From Desulfosudaceae bacterium (GTDB taxonomy: Bacteria > Desulfobacterota > Desulfobacteria > Desulfobacterales > Desulfosudaceae): a stretch of DNA of 64,000 bases. Shown here in pieces: positions 18,694 to 27,936 of the stretch. The stretch lies in the NCBI GenBank assembly GCA_963674745.2, contig CAXXDV010000003.1, forward strand, positions 448,001-512,000, given 5' to 3'. Under the pieces are notes generated by a model, which worked only from the letters and a program-made list of their open reading frames with translations, had not been told where the DNA came from and did no database searches. Every line of letters starts with the position of its first letter. The first letter of the stretch is position 1. Both the position numbers and the translations under genes were made by a program.

Positions 18694-19599
18694 CTACCTG
18701 TCCAGATACCCGAGATAACCTTTGATGGAATTCTGAATAAAATACCTTTCCCGCCCCAGAACCGTCTCGGACGCATATGCCAGGCCCTGCATCAGGGGAT
18801 CTGAGCCAATCAGCCGGTCGGTACACCTTTCGAAGATGTTGGCCTCGTCTCCGGCCATTTTTTCTTCACTGATCACATTTTCCCAGAAGCGCAACTGTTG
18901 TTTATGCTTTTTCAGCCAGTTGACGGCATCATCCGTCATGATGGTGTGGCCGTAGCAGAGATATTTCGGCTGGTGATCAAGGAGCCGGTCAATACTGGTG
19001 ATCGATGTATCCATGAAGAATTTCGGCGGGGTGGCCGGCCTGAGGTATGTCACGGATTCCTTAAACTGACTATGGACGCCGCCGGCCTCACCGGCAAACA
19101 GGATGCCGTCATCCATGAGAAAGCTGACATGGTGGGGCGCGTGCCCGGGCGTCAGGATGGCTGTTATCGTTTCAGTCGAGAAATCCTGCGCATTGACCAG
19201 CAATTCGTCGGAAACCGGCCGAATTTCACCATAGGCACGGCCGATGTCGCCCAGGGTTTTGACGGTTCCCTGCCAGAGCCTCTCCGGGTCAACCAGATGG
19301 GGCCGGCCGATTTCGTGGCAGACAATGGGTGTCCCGGGAAAAGCGGTTGAAATTTCCCCGGTACCACCGGCATGATCGATGTGGATATGGGTCAGAAGAA
19401 TGTAATCAAGGGCTTTAATGCCGATTTCGTTTAAGGCCGCCAAAAGGTCCCCGGTGGTGGCCAGTGGCCCCGGGTCCACCAGCACCGTCTCTTTTCCAAG
19501 ATAGATCCAGGAACAGATAAAATTGTCAAAGCCGTCAATGGGCGGCGACAGCAGAACCTGGAAAAGCCGGTCTGAATGTTTTTTTATCTGATAATTCAT
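18694..19599 (-). CDS. MBL-fold metallo-hydrolase
   Basis: THIHIDHAGG, TPGHAPHH, RPATPP, YGH. Confidence 0.88.
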   Translation of the reverse strand: MNYQIKKHSDRLFQVLLSPPIDGFDNFICSWIYLGKETVLVDPGPLATTGDLLAALNEIGIKALDYILLTHIHIDHAGGTGEISTAFPGTPIVCHEIGRPHLVDPERLWQGTVKTLGDIGRAYGEIRPVSDELLVNAQDFSTETITAILTPGHAPHHVSFLMDDGILFAGEAGGVHSQFKESVTYLRPATPPKFFMDTSITSIDRLLDHQPKYLCYGHTIMTDDAVNWLKKHKQQLRFWENVISEEKMAGDEANIFERCTDRLIGSDPLMQGLAYASETVLGRERYFIQNSIKGYLGYLDR

Positions 19600-19645
19600 G
19601 GCCTTTTTCTCGTGGGGATAGCACAGGCGTTCACTGCCCCAGGCT

Positions 19646-19768
19646 TTAACGCGCCGTCTTTTTCTTGATGTTTTTGCTGTGGTACCAGGCAATACCGATG
19701 CACCAGGCCAGCCCTCCGTAAAGCAGGCCCAGGCCGATGATTAACATAATAATTGCTGCCGGTTTCAT
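19646..19768 (-). CDS. MetS-like small subunit of NSS transporter (40 aa, not in ORF track)
   Basis: MKPAAIIMLIIGLGLLYGGLAWCIGIAWYHSKNIKKKTAR; GAGG RBS; starts 18 nt after the NSS stop; single TM with YGGL. Confidence 0.8.
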   Translation of the reverse strand: MKPAAIIMLIIGLGLLYGGLAWCIGIAWYHSKNIKKKTAR

Positions 19769-19786
19769 GGTTAACCTCGTTCTCGA

Positions 19787-21286
19787 TTATTCGATGCCGT
19801 AATCCCTGTCACTATCGGTTGATATCGAAGTCAGTACCCAGGCGCCGATAAAAACTACGGCCATGGTACCGACGCCGATAGCCAGAACTGCGGAAAGTGG
19901 GTAATTTCCGTACGGGTGATTTATTTCTTTAATAAATGTCCAGATGATGCTTCCGCTCAGAATGATTGGTGTTAGAAATTTGACCAGAAAAGAAAATATG
20001 GGGCCGATTTTGATCTCCGCGGTTCTGTTGACTTCGGTTGCAAAATTCTTAGCGCCCCAGATCCAGCCAACGGCAATACACTCCAGCACAGCCACCACGG
20101 TAATGACATAGGCCATGATAAAATGGTCCATGATGTCGAGCCAGTAAAGCCCGGCGCTGGTCGCCAGGGGCAGGCCGGCCAGAAAGCTGACCACGGCCGT
20201 GATGGTTGTGGCCTTTGTCCGACTCAGCGAAAATTTGTCCGACAGGGAGGCAGCCACCGTTTCCAGCAGGCTGAAGGCAGAATCCACGCCCAGCAGGAGC
20301 AGGACGACAAAGAAAAGACCGCCGAAAAACGTCACCCAGACCGGCAGTTTGGCCAGTGCGGCCGGGTACACGATAAAGGCCAGGCCGGGACCGCTGTCCA
20401 CGACTTTTTCAATCGGGGCGTTGGTGGCCACGGCAAAATAACCCAGGACGCTGAACACGGCCAGGCCGGCCAGAAAGCTGAAGCAGCAGTTGGAAAAAGA
20501 AGTGATGGCCGCTGAATTGGGCAGTTCCGTGTCTTTGGGCATGAAAGAAGAATAAGCGATCATGGTGCCGAACCCCAGGGACAAAGAAAAGAAAATCTGA
20601 CCATAGGCGGCCAGCCAGACATCGGGGGATATAAGCTTGCTCCAGTCCGGTGTCAGGTAGTAGTTCAGGCCGGCGGCGGAACCTTCCAGGGTGACCCCCC
20701 GGATAAGCAGGATCAGTACCAGGATGACGGGCAGTGGCACGGTAAACAAAAGGATTTTGCCGATGCCTTTCAGGCCGCTGCGGATAATGATCCAGATAAC
20801 GACCCAGGTGGCCAGCAGGCCGGCCACCAGGTGGCCGTGCAGTTGCTCAAAATCCCAGGGACCGTCTGAAAGGTGAAGAATCCCGGTATAAAAATGGGTT
20901 TTGCTGGCTTCGATCGTTGCGCCCCACTGTGCGATAGTTGAAATATCCAGAAGCGCGATCCATGTCCAACCCAGAATAATACAATAGTAAATATTGATGC
21001 ACATGGCACCCAGGATGGCCGCCCAGCCGACAAACTTAAACGGTTTTCTTATTTTCCCCAGTGCGATATAAGCCGAACCCTGAGAGCGGATGCCAAGGCC
21101 GTACTCGATAATCATCAACGGGATGCCGGCGGTGATCAGGGCCACAAAATAGGGGATTAAAAAAGCACCGCCGCCGTTTTGGGCCGCAATATAGGGAAAC
21201 CGCCACATATTTCCCAGGCCGATGGCCGAACCCACGGCTGCCATGATAAAGATAAGCCGGCTGTCCCAGTGTTCCCGTTCCTTCAT
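19787..21286 (-). CDS. Sodium-dependent transporter, NSS family
   Basis: REHW, GSAIGLGNMWRFPY, NGGGAF, QIFFSLSLG, GPGLAF. Confidence 0.95.
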   Translation of the reverse strand: MKEREHWDSRLIFIMAAVGSAIGLGNMWRFPYIAAQNGGGAFLIPYFVALITAGIPLMIIEYGLGIRSQGSAYIALGKIRKPFKFVGWAAILGAMCINIYYCIILGWTWIALLDISTIAQWGATIEASKTHFYTGILHLSDGPWDFEQLHGHLVAGLLATWVVIWIIIRSGLKGIGKILLFTVPLPVILVLILLIRGVTLEGSAAGLNYYLTPDWSKLISPDVWLAAYGQIFFSLSLGFGTMIAYSSFMPKDTELPNSAAITSFSNCCFSFLAGLAVFSVLGYFAVATNAPIEKVVDSGPGLAFIVYPAALAKLPVWVTFFGGLFFVVLLLLGVDSAFSLLETVAASLSDKFSLSRTKATTITAVVSFLAGLPLATSAGLYWLDIMDHFIMAYVITVVAVLECIAVGWIWGAKNFATEVNRTAEIKIGPIFSFLVKFLTPIILSGSIIWTFIKEINHPYGNYPLSAVLAIGVGTMAVVFIGAWVLTSISTDSDRDYGIE

Positions 21287-21405
21287 AGCGATCCCCTCCT
21301 GTAGATCGGGTGATGATCCGTATTTTCTTTAGGCGTTACTTATCATAATGAATTTGTTATAGTCAATCAGAATGAAAACAAGGTAATAGCGGTGAGGTGA
21401 TACCC

Positions 21406-23106
21406 ATGAGCACTGATGAAACAATAGCCGAAATACTCAAACGCATTTACGGTCCGGTTCAAGGCAACGAGGCTTTTGAACGCGTAAAACCTTTGCTCGA
21501 CGATTTCCCGGCTCAAAAGAGCCGGAAAGACGGTTTTTTTTCAAACAGCGATGCTGTTTTGATTACCTACGGTGATTCGTTGAATCAATCCGGTGAATCT
21601 TCCTTGAACACATTGGGAAATTTTGCCCGAACGTATTTAAAAAACGCTTTTTCCGCCGTCCATATCCTGCCCTTTTGCCCGTATTCATCTGATGACGGTT
21701 TTTCTGTCATGGATTTTCATGCCGTCAATCCGGATCTGGGCGGATGGGAAGACGTGAATCACCTGAGCCGGGATTTTGAACTGATGTTTGACCTGGTCTT
21801 GAATCATATTTCATCCCAGAGCGACTGGTTCAAGAGATACTTGAACCAGGAACCCGGCTTTGACGCCCTGGCCCTGGAAGTCGACCCGGAACAGGACCTG
21901 TCCATGGTCACCCGGCCACGGACCACACCGCTGCTGACACCCTTTACCAGAACTGACGGGGAGACCGTCCATGTCTGGACCACCTTTTCCGCCGATCAGA
22001 TCGATTTGAACTATACCAGCCTGGACGTTCTGGAAAAAATGATCGACGTGCTGCTGTTTTATGTCCGGCAGGGTGCATTGCTGATCCGCCTGGACGCCAT
22101 CGCCTATTTGTGGAAGGAGATCGGTACCAACTGTATTCACCTGCCCCAGACCCATGACATGGTCAAGCTGTTCCGGGCGGTCCTGGACGCGGTCGCGCCG
22201 GATGTGATGATTATTACGGAAACCAATGTGCCTCACCCGGAAAATATCAGTTATTTCGGAAACGGACGGGATGAAGCCCAGATGGTCTATAATTTTACCC
22301 TGCCGCCCCTGCTGCTTTACACTTTTGTCAAACAGGACGCCACCGTTTTTTCCCAATGGGCACGGGGGCTTTCCCTGTCTTCGGCAGCGACCACTTTCTT
22401 TAATTTCACGGCCTCCCATGACGGTATCGGTGTCCGGCCGCTTGAAGGCATTCTGCCCGATACGGAAATCGATTTTCTGGCCGACCATGTCCGAAAAAAC
22501 GGGGGTGACGTGTCCTGCAAGCGTAATCCCGACGGCTCCGATACCCCCTATGAGTTGAATATTACTTATGTCGACGCTTTAAGCGGGCCAGAGGACAACG
22601 ATATCACCCGGGCGGCCCGTTTTCTGGCCTCCCAGGCCATCCAACTGGTCATGCCGGGTGTGCCGGGGATTTACATCCACAGCCTTCTGGGGTCGCGCAA
22701 CTGGAACGAAGGGGTGGCCCAAACCGGCCGGGCCAGAACCATCAACCGCCGGCCGCTTCAATACCCGGAGGTGTTGGCGGAAATAGAGGTTCCGGGATCT
22801 TTACGTTACCGCATATTCCACGCCTATCTTAATATGTTGTCCATCAGGCGCAGACAGCCGGCCTTTCATCCCGGCGCTTCTTTTGAAGTTGTTGATATCG
22901 CAAGTGGTTGTGTTACGATCAAACGGGCTGCCGGAGATCAGGTGGTTCTGGCCATCACCAGTGTCTGCGATAAGGAACTGACAATGGATGTGTCCGGGCC
23001 GGGGCGTTCCTGCACCACGGATTTGCTGACGGGTGCTTCTTTTGATCCCGGAAAAATCCGCCTGCCCCCGTTTGCAACATTATGGCTGGCGGATCACCGT
23101 TTTTAG
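21406..23106 (+). CDS. GH13_18 sugar phosphorylase, probably glucosylglycerate phosphorylase (YcjM-like)
   Basis: LITYGD, SSDDGF, WTTFSADQIDLN, RLDAIAYLWK, TETNVPH, SHDGIGVRP, YELN. Confidence 0.85.
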   Translation: MSTDETIAEILKRIYGPVQGNEAFERVKPLLDDFPAQKSRKDGFFSNSDAVLITYGDSLNQSGESSLNTLGNFARTYLKNAFSAVHILPFCPYSSDDGFSVMDFHAVNPDLGGWEDVNHLSRDFELMFDLVLNHISSQSDWFKRYLNQEPGFDALALEVDPEQDLSMVTRPRTTPLLTPFTRTDGETVHVWTTFSADQIDLNYTSLDVLEKMIDVLLFYVRQGALLIRLDAIAYLWKEIGTNCIHLPQTHDMVKLFRAVLDAVAPDVMIITETNVPHPENISYFGNGRDEAQMVYNFTLPPLLLYTFVKQDATVFSQWARGLSLSSAATTFFNFTASHDGIGVRPLEGILPDTEIDFLADHVRKNGGDVSCKRNPDGSDTPYELNITYVDALSGPEDNDITRAARFLASQAIQLVMPGVPGIYIHSLLGSRNWNEGVAQTGRARTINRRPLQYPEVLAEIEVPGSLRYRIFHAYLNMLSIRRRQPAFHPGASFEVVDIASGCVTIKRAAGDQVVLAITSVCDKELTMDVSGPGRSCTTDLLTGASFDPGKIRLPPFATLWLADHRF

Positions 23107-23154
23107 TTACCGGATTTTTTTCAGCCGTGCCCTTCATGCGATGCCGTTATATGC

Positions 23155-23184
23155 TTGACAATAAAAACCGGATGTCTGTATAAA
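23155..23184 (+). promoter_or_regulatory. Putative sigma70 promoter of tRNA-Leu
   Basis: TTGACA-18 nt-TATAAA ending 13 nt before the tRNA. Confidence 0.55.
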
Positions 23185-23197
23185 AGTCATGTTTTTT

Positions 23198-23286
23198 GCC
23201 TGGGTGGTGGAATAGGTAGACACAAGGGACTTAAAATCCCTTGGCCCTTAGTGGCCGTGCGAGTTCGATTCTCGCCCCAGGCACCA
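23198..23286 (+). tRNA. tRNA-Leu(TAA)
   Basis: GCCTGGG/CCCAGGC acceptor stem; aggga-ctTAAaa-tccct; long variable arm; GTTCGATTC; ACCA end. Confidence 0.96.
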
Positions 23287-23340
23287 ATAAAAACAACGGT
23301 TCGCAATAGATGGTTGCAAGCCCTTTTTTATGCAAAAAAG

Positions 23341-23392
23341 AAAAATGTAAGCACTATGTAAGCAAAAAAAGAAAAAACGTGCTTACATTTTT
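23341..23392. repeat. Direct plus inverted ATGTAAGCA repeats downstream of tRNA-Leu
   Basis: atgtaagca at 23345 and 23356; aaaaatgtaagcac/gtgcttacattttt perfect 14-bp inverted pair. Confidence 0.7.
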
Positions 23393-23669
23393 TTTGTTAA
23401 AAACCTCCAGGTCGCCCGATTTTTCCAGGGAAGGTTAGGTACCCTGAAAACAAAAATCCCCAGGCAAACGCCCAGGGGAGGGATCAGTAATTTTAAATGA
23501 TAACCGTTTAAGCAGTGGGCTAAAAATTTGGGGGGTGTGATATTATTATTCCCCAAGCTCTAATTTTTCTGTTTTCTTTTCTTGGTTTGCTACAAATGAA
23601 CAGACTTCAGGAGTAGTCGTTCATAAAAACGATAAAGTTTATCCGGGGGGTACCTTTTATTCAGATTGC

Positions 23670-24713
23670 ATGTCATCAGCATACCTGATTGATATGCAGG
23701 GCAATATTCTTCATAGATGGCATAAATCTTTTTACAGTGTCTGGCCAAATCCGAAACATGTTGTGCCTTACCTGCCAGCACCCCGGGATGAAATGATCAT
23801 CTGGCGTAAAGCCAGACTTTTTCCCAATGGCGATGTACTGGTCATATTCCAAGGCTTGTTCACACCTTATGGGGGAGGATTGATCAAAATCGATGCCGAC
23901 TCCAACCTGATCTGGAAGGCGGCCGTTAACGCCCATCACGACCTGGATATTGACGAACATGGCAATATCTTTGTCCTGACCCATAAATATAACGATAAGG
24001 CCGTTAATATCAGGATCGATGATTATCTGACGGTTCTTTCTCCTGACGGAAAAGTCCTGCGGGAAATTCAGCTGTACGACGCATTCAGTAATTCTGACTA
24101 CGCGGCCTTGATCCCGTCAGATTACTTTGGGGATTACATGCACACAAATAATGTGGACTTCGTTACCGACGACATCGCCCGGGATTATTCTTTTCTCCGC
24201 AAGGGTGATGTGCTTCTGTCGCACAACAGCCTTGGCGTGATTACCGTATTAGATGGTGACAGTTACACGGTCAAGTGGGCCCTGGCCGGGCTTGCCAGGA
24301 GCCTTCATGATCCGGACTTTATCGGCCGAGGGAGGCTGGTTTTCTTTAATAACGCTTGGCCCCTGCCTGAAAGAATGGCAGGAAGCAGTATCCTAGAGTG
24401 GGATTGTATCAACCAGCGTCCCTGTTGGCGTTTTACGCCATATGATTTTGTAAAAGGGAGTGAGTCACCTGTCAGAGGCATAGATATTTTTATTTCTATG
24501 GAGTGCGGTTCCCAGCAGTTGCTGCCTAACGGTAATTATTTGATTACGGAAAGTAACGGCGGGACATTGTATGAAGTAACCCGGGACAAGCAGGTCGCCT
24601 GGAAGTATGTTGCCCATAATCTAGAAGGTAGGAGTATTGGCGGTATTTATTGGGCCCAACGGTATCCGCTGGACGAATTGACGTTTTTAAAGTCAAAACA
24701 GCATGTTCCGTGA
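23670..24713 (+). CDS. Arylsulfotransferase (ASST) family beta-propeller, apparently 5'-truncated
   Basis: AYLIDMQG, AHHD, DYMHTN, HDPDF, QLLPNGNYLITES; the frame stays open upstream to 23541 without a start codon. Confidence 0.7.
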   Translation: MSSAYLIDMQGNILHRWHKSFYSVWPNPKHVVPYLPAPRDEMIIWRKARLFPNGDVLVIFQGLFTPYGGGLIKIDADSNLIWKAAVNAHHDLDIDEHGNIFVLTHKYNDKAVNIRIDDYLTVLSPDGKVLREIQLYDAFSNSDYAALIPSDYFGDYMHTNNVDFVTDDIARDYSFLRKGDVLLSHNSLGVITVLDGDSYTVKWALAGLARSLHDPDFIGRGRLVFFNNAWPLPERMAGSSILEWDCINQRPCWRFTPYDFVKGSESPVRGIDIFISMECGSQQLLPNGNYLITESNGGTLYEVTRDKQVAWKYVAHNLEGRSIGGIYWAQRYPLDELTFLKSKQHVP

Positions 24714-24784
24714 AGTATGTGATTTATCAATGATCCTGAAGCTATCTCGTCGCTGTGATGTAGGGGCGTTGATGATGGGTTGCT

Positions 24785-25924
24785 ATGAAAAAACGAATGA
24801 CTACTCAGAGCGTGTCTTCCATAACGGATTTCGGAGATCGCTTCAGCCGCTTTTTTTCAAATCGCCCTCGGCTTTGCCGGACGCTGGGAAACCTGGAAAC
24901 AAAGACTTTTTCGGCCGAGATTGGCCGGCAGGTCATTGATCGTCCGATTTTTATCTCCGGTCTGGCCCGTTCCGACAGTACGATTCTCCTGGAATGTCTG
25001 GCTGCTCACGAACAGACGGTTTCACACCGCTACCGGGATTATCCCCTGGCTTCTATCCCTTTGTGGTGGAACCGGTTTGTCGACCGGGCGGTTGAAAACA
25101 ATCACAAGCCTGTAGAACGTTTTCATCAGGACGGCCTTTTTGTAACCCCTGGCAGTCCTGAAGCCATGGAGGAAATTCTGTGGATGATGTTTTTTAATGA
25201 CACTCATCGACCGCTATTGACGAATGTTCTCGGGGCTGATGTAAATCATCCTGATTTTGAGGCTTTTTATAGCGACCATATCCGTAAGTTGCTTTTGCTG
25301 AGACAGGGCAGTCGTTATCTGGCCAAGAATAATTACCTTGTGACGCGTCTTGGCTATGTGCATAAACTTTTTCCGGACGCCCGGTTTATAATACCGGTTA
25401 GAAACCCTGTCGATCACATCGCTTCATTGTTGCGACAGCACCGACTTTTTTGTGCGCGGGAACAAGCAGACCCAAAGGTGTTGCACTATATGCGACTCTC
25501 CGGACATTTCGAATTCGGGCTTGACCGTAGGCCAATTAATACCGGGGACACCGAGGCCGTTCAACGTATTCTTTTGATGTGGGATGAGGGCGCGGAGGTG
25601 GGTGGGTGGGCGCTTACCTGGCGGACAATTCATGAATTTATCATCACTTGCCTGATGGAAAACGAGGCCCTGCGTGAGGCTACACTAATTATGCCTTTTG
25701 CGGCTCTGTGCCGATCACCTCGAAATATCCTCCGCAAACTTTACGACCATTGTGAGCTTTTGGTATCAGATGGTGCTGTCGCTAAACAAGCCCGTAGAAT
25801 ATCATTGCCTGATTATTATCAACTGCCGTTTTCTTCCGGGGAAGCATCGGCTGTTCGGGATGAAACTCAAGACACCTACCAGAGACTACTTTCTCTTAGT
25901 CCTATATCCGTGAATTTTTCTTAA
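24785..25924 (+). CDS. PAPS-dependent sulfotransferase family protein
   Basis: PIFISGLARSDSTIL (5'-PSB-like), YLAKNN, FPDARFIIPVRNPVDHIAS (3'-PB). Confidence 0.85.
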   Translation: MKKRMTTQSVSSITDFGDRFSRFFSNRPRLCRTLGNLETKTFSAEIGRQVIDRPIFISGLARSDSTILLECLAAHEQTVSHRYRDYPLASIPLWWNRFVDRAVENNHKPVERFHQDGLFVTPGSPEAMEEILWMMFFNDTHRPLLTNVLGADVNHPDFEAFYSDHIRKLLLLRQGSRYLAKNNYLVTRLGYVHKLFPDARFIIPVRNPVDHIASLLRQHRLFCAREQADPKVLHYMRLSGHFEFGLDRRPINTGDTEAVQRILLMWDEGAEVGGWALTWRTIHEFIITCLMENEALREATLIMPFAALCRSPRNILRKLYDHCELLVSDGAVAKQARRISLPDYYQLPFSSGEASAVRDETQDTYQRLLSLSPISVNFS

Positions 25925-27815
25925 TGATATAAATTTTTTTTTCGATGTTTTTGGCTAAGGGATGGGTCTGCCCCAGATTACTGTTGATGATATTTAACGC
26001 TTTTTCAAGGCAATCAATGGCCTGCTGGTGGCGGCCGGCATCGGCAAAAGCAAGTCCCAGGTTGTTCCAGGTCCCGGCAAGATACACCGGGCTTACAGAG
26101 AGATCACCCAGTTGTAGAAGTTTAATCGCCTGGCGGTAATAATCAATGGCTTGATCAAAATTTTTAAGGTCTTTGTGAATCATTCCCATGTTATTGTATA
26201 TAGAGGCAATTTTATCCTGACCGATGCCGATATCTCGCCCAATGATACGCAGGGCACTGTTGTAAGCCATCAGGGCCTGATCAAAATTTCCATGAATCCG
26301 GTGAATCTCTCCCAGGTCATAATAACAGTTAACGGTTTTTAAGTTGTTATTGCCATAGCGGCGTTGATTAATTTTAAGGGCTCTATTTAATGTTTCCAGC
26401 GCTTGTTGATACCCTTGCTTGTCTCTGGCATATGCAAGCGCTAAACGGTTAAACGGCAGCCCTATCAAAGGTGTCTTGACGGCCTGGTCCTGCCAAAATG
26501 TGATGCGATTTTGCCAAATATTATTGCGTTGCCTGGTCCACATCAAATTAACTGCAATGGCAGCACATAAAATGATGACCACGGTTTTTCGGCTATCAGA
26601 AAGTTGAAGGAAAAAAATTACAGTAGTCATGATTGGAAGGATTGAGGGGAGGTAGGTGCGGTGCTCAAAAATCAGATGCAGACCGATGAACGAAGATTCT
26701 ATGAAGAGATTGCCCATGAACCATAAAATGGCAAATGAAAACAAACGGTTTCTCTTAGCCATATAGATTGCGGCGGTGACGCCGGCGGCTATCGTTAACA
26801 GGCAGAGTATGGTAATCGGGGGATTCGTGATTCCTTGAGACAAAGGAAAATCATATATCAAGTTTAGCCTGGCTGGATGAGGGAACGCAATCAATGAGAG
26901 AAAATAAACAATCACCATGGACTGTGTCAGTAATCGCTCAGCTAATGTGAATTCATAGTAGTCGTATTCTGCTAAAATTTGTTTAAGGGGAGCGTAATCG
27001 AGATATATCAGAGAGACGCTTCCTGAAATTAAAAAGACCCCGACTATCCATTTAAGATTTTTTTTTAGCCAGCTTATCGAAAGCCCCTGAAAGAAATACC
27101 ACTCATAAAATAATATAAAAAAAGGTAAAGTTGCCACGATTTCTTTTGTCATTAGTCCCAGCAGCCCGGAAACGAGGCAGCCTGAAAAAAAGAGTGTTAT
27201 CCGCCAATTGTTTTTTATGTGGTCGGCAGTTTGTATCTGGCGCGCATGGATATACGAAATCAGTGCCAACATATAAAACATGGTTGCCATGGTGTTCATG
27301 CGCTGGACAATGTAAGTGACAGACTGGGTATGCAATGGCATGGAAGTCCAGAAAATGGCTGTTAGCAGGGGCGTAGCGGGATTCTTTATCCGGCACAGGA
27401 CCATTGTCTGACGGGTCAGAACAAACACGCAAAAACCGGTTATGAGATGGATCAGGATATTAAAAAAATGGTATCCAGTCGTGTTAAAGCCATGAAGGAA
27501 ATAGTTAAAGGCAAAGGAAATGTAGGCCAGAGGACGGTTACGTAAAGCACTTTTAGCGGCGCCTGTCAGGGAATCAAAGGAGAGTTCGGTAATGGTAATA
27601 TTGGGATTTTTGATAATGTTGGGTAAATCGTCATAAAAGAAGGGTGCATGGACGGCGTTACCATAACCGGCAATGCCAACGAGAGCCAAGAGAAGGACGA
27701 CTGTCAGCGGGTGACTGATCAGTTCGTTTCTCGTTTGTCTTATTTGCATTTTCCCGGAATTGTCCCGAGTGGGTGATAATCGTTGACTCCCTTTCAATAT
27801 TTTAACCCCTATCAT
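25902..27815 (-). CDS. TMTC-like GT-C membrane protein with C-terminal TPRs (start may be 27749)
   Basis: FFYDD loop, RPL, YHFFNILIH, HTQSVTYIVQR, KE, EHRTYLPS, RNNIW, then TPR repeats. Confidence 0.85.
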   Translation of the reverse strand: MIGVKILKGSQRLSPTRDNSGKMQIRQTRNELISHPLTVVLLLALVGIAGYGNAVHAPFFYDDLPNIIKNPNITITELSFDSLTGAAKSALRNRPLAYISFAFNYFLHGFNTTGYHFFNILIHLITGFCVFVLTRQTMVLCRIKNPATPLLTAIFWTSMPLHTQSVTYIVQRMNTMATMFYMLALISYIHARQIQTADHIKNNWRITLFFSGCLVSGLLGLMTKEIVATLPFFILFYEWYFFQGLSISWLKKNLKWIVGVFLISGSVSLIYLDYAPLKQILAEYDYYEFTLAERLLTQSMVIVYFLSLIAFPHPARLNLIYDFPLSQGITNPPITILCLLTIAAGVTAAIYMAKRNRLFSFAILWFMGNLFIESSFIGLHLIFEHRTYLPSILPIMTTVIFFLQLSDSRKTVVIILCAAIAVNLMWTRQRNNIWQNRITFWQDQAVKTPLIGLPFNRLALAYARDKQGYQQALETLNRALKINQRRYGNNNLKTVNCYYDLGEIHRIHGNFDQALMAYNSALRIIGRDIGIGQDKIASIYNNMGMIHKDLKNFDQAIDYYRQAIKLLQLGDLSVSPVYLAGTWNNLGLAFADAGRHQQAIDCLEKALNIINSNLGQTHPLAKNIEKKIYIIKKNSRI

Positions 27816-27936
27816 ATATGTAGGTCGAGACCAATGCCTTTGTAAGCTTAAGATTATAAACGAGAATGTTCGCTCTAAACAAGGTTGAACTTTGGTCCGG
27901 TGAATAAAAGAACGAATGTATCATGAAAAAGACAGG

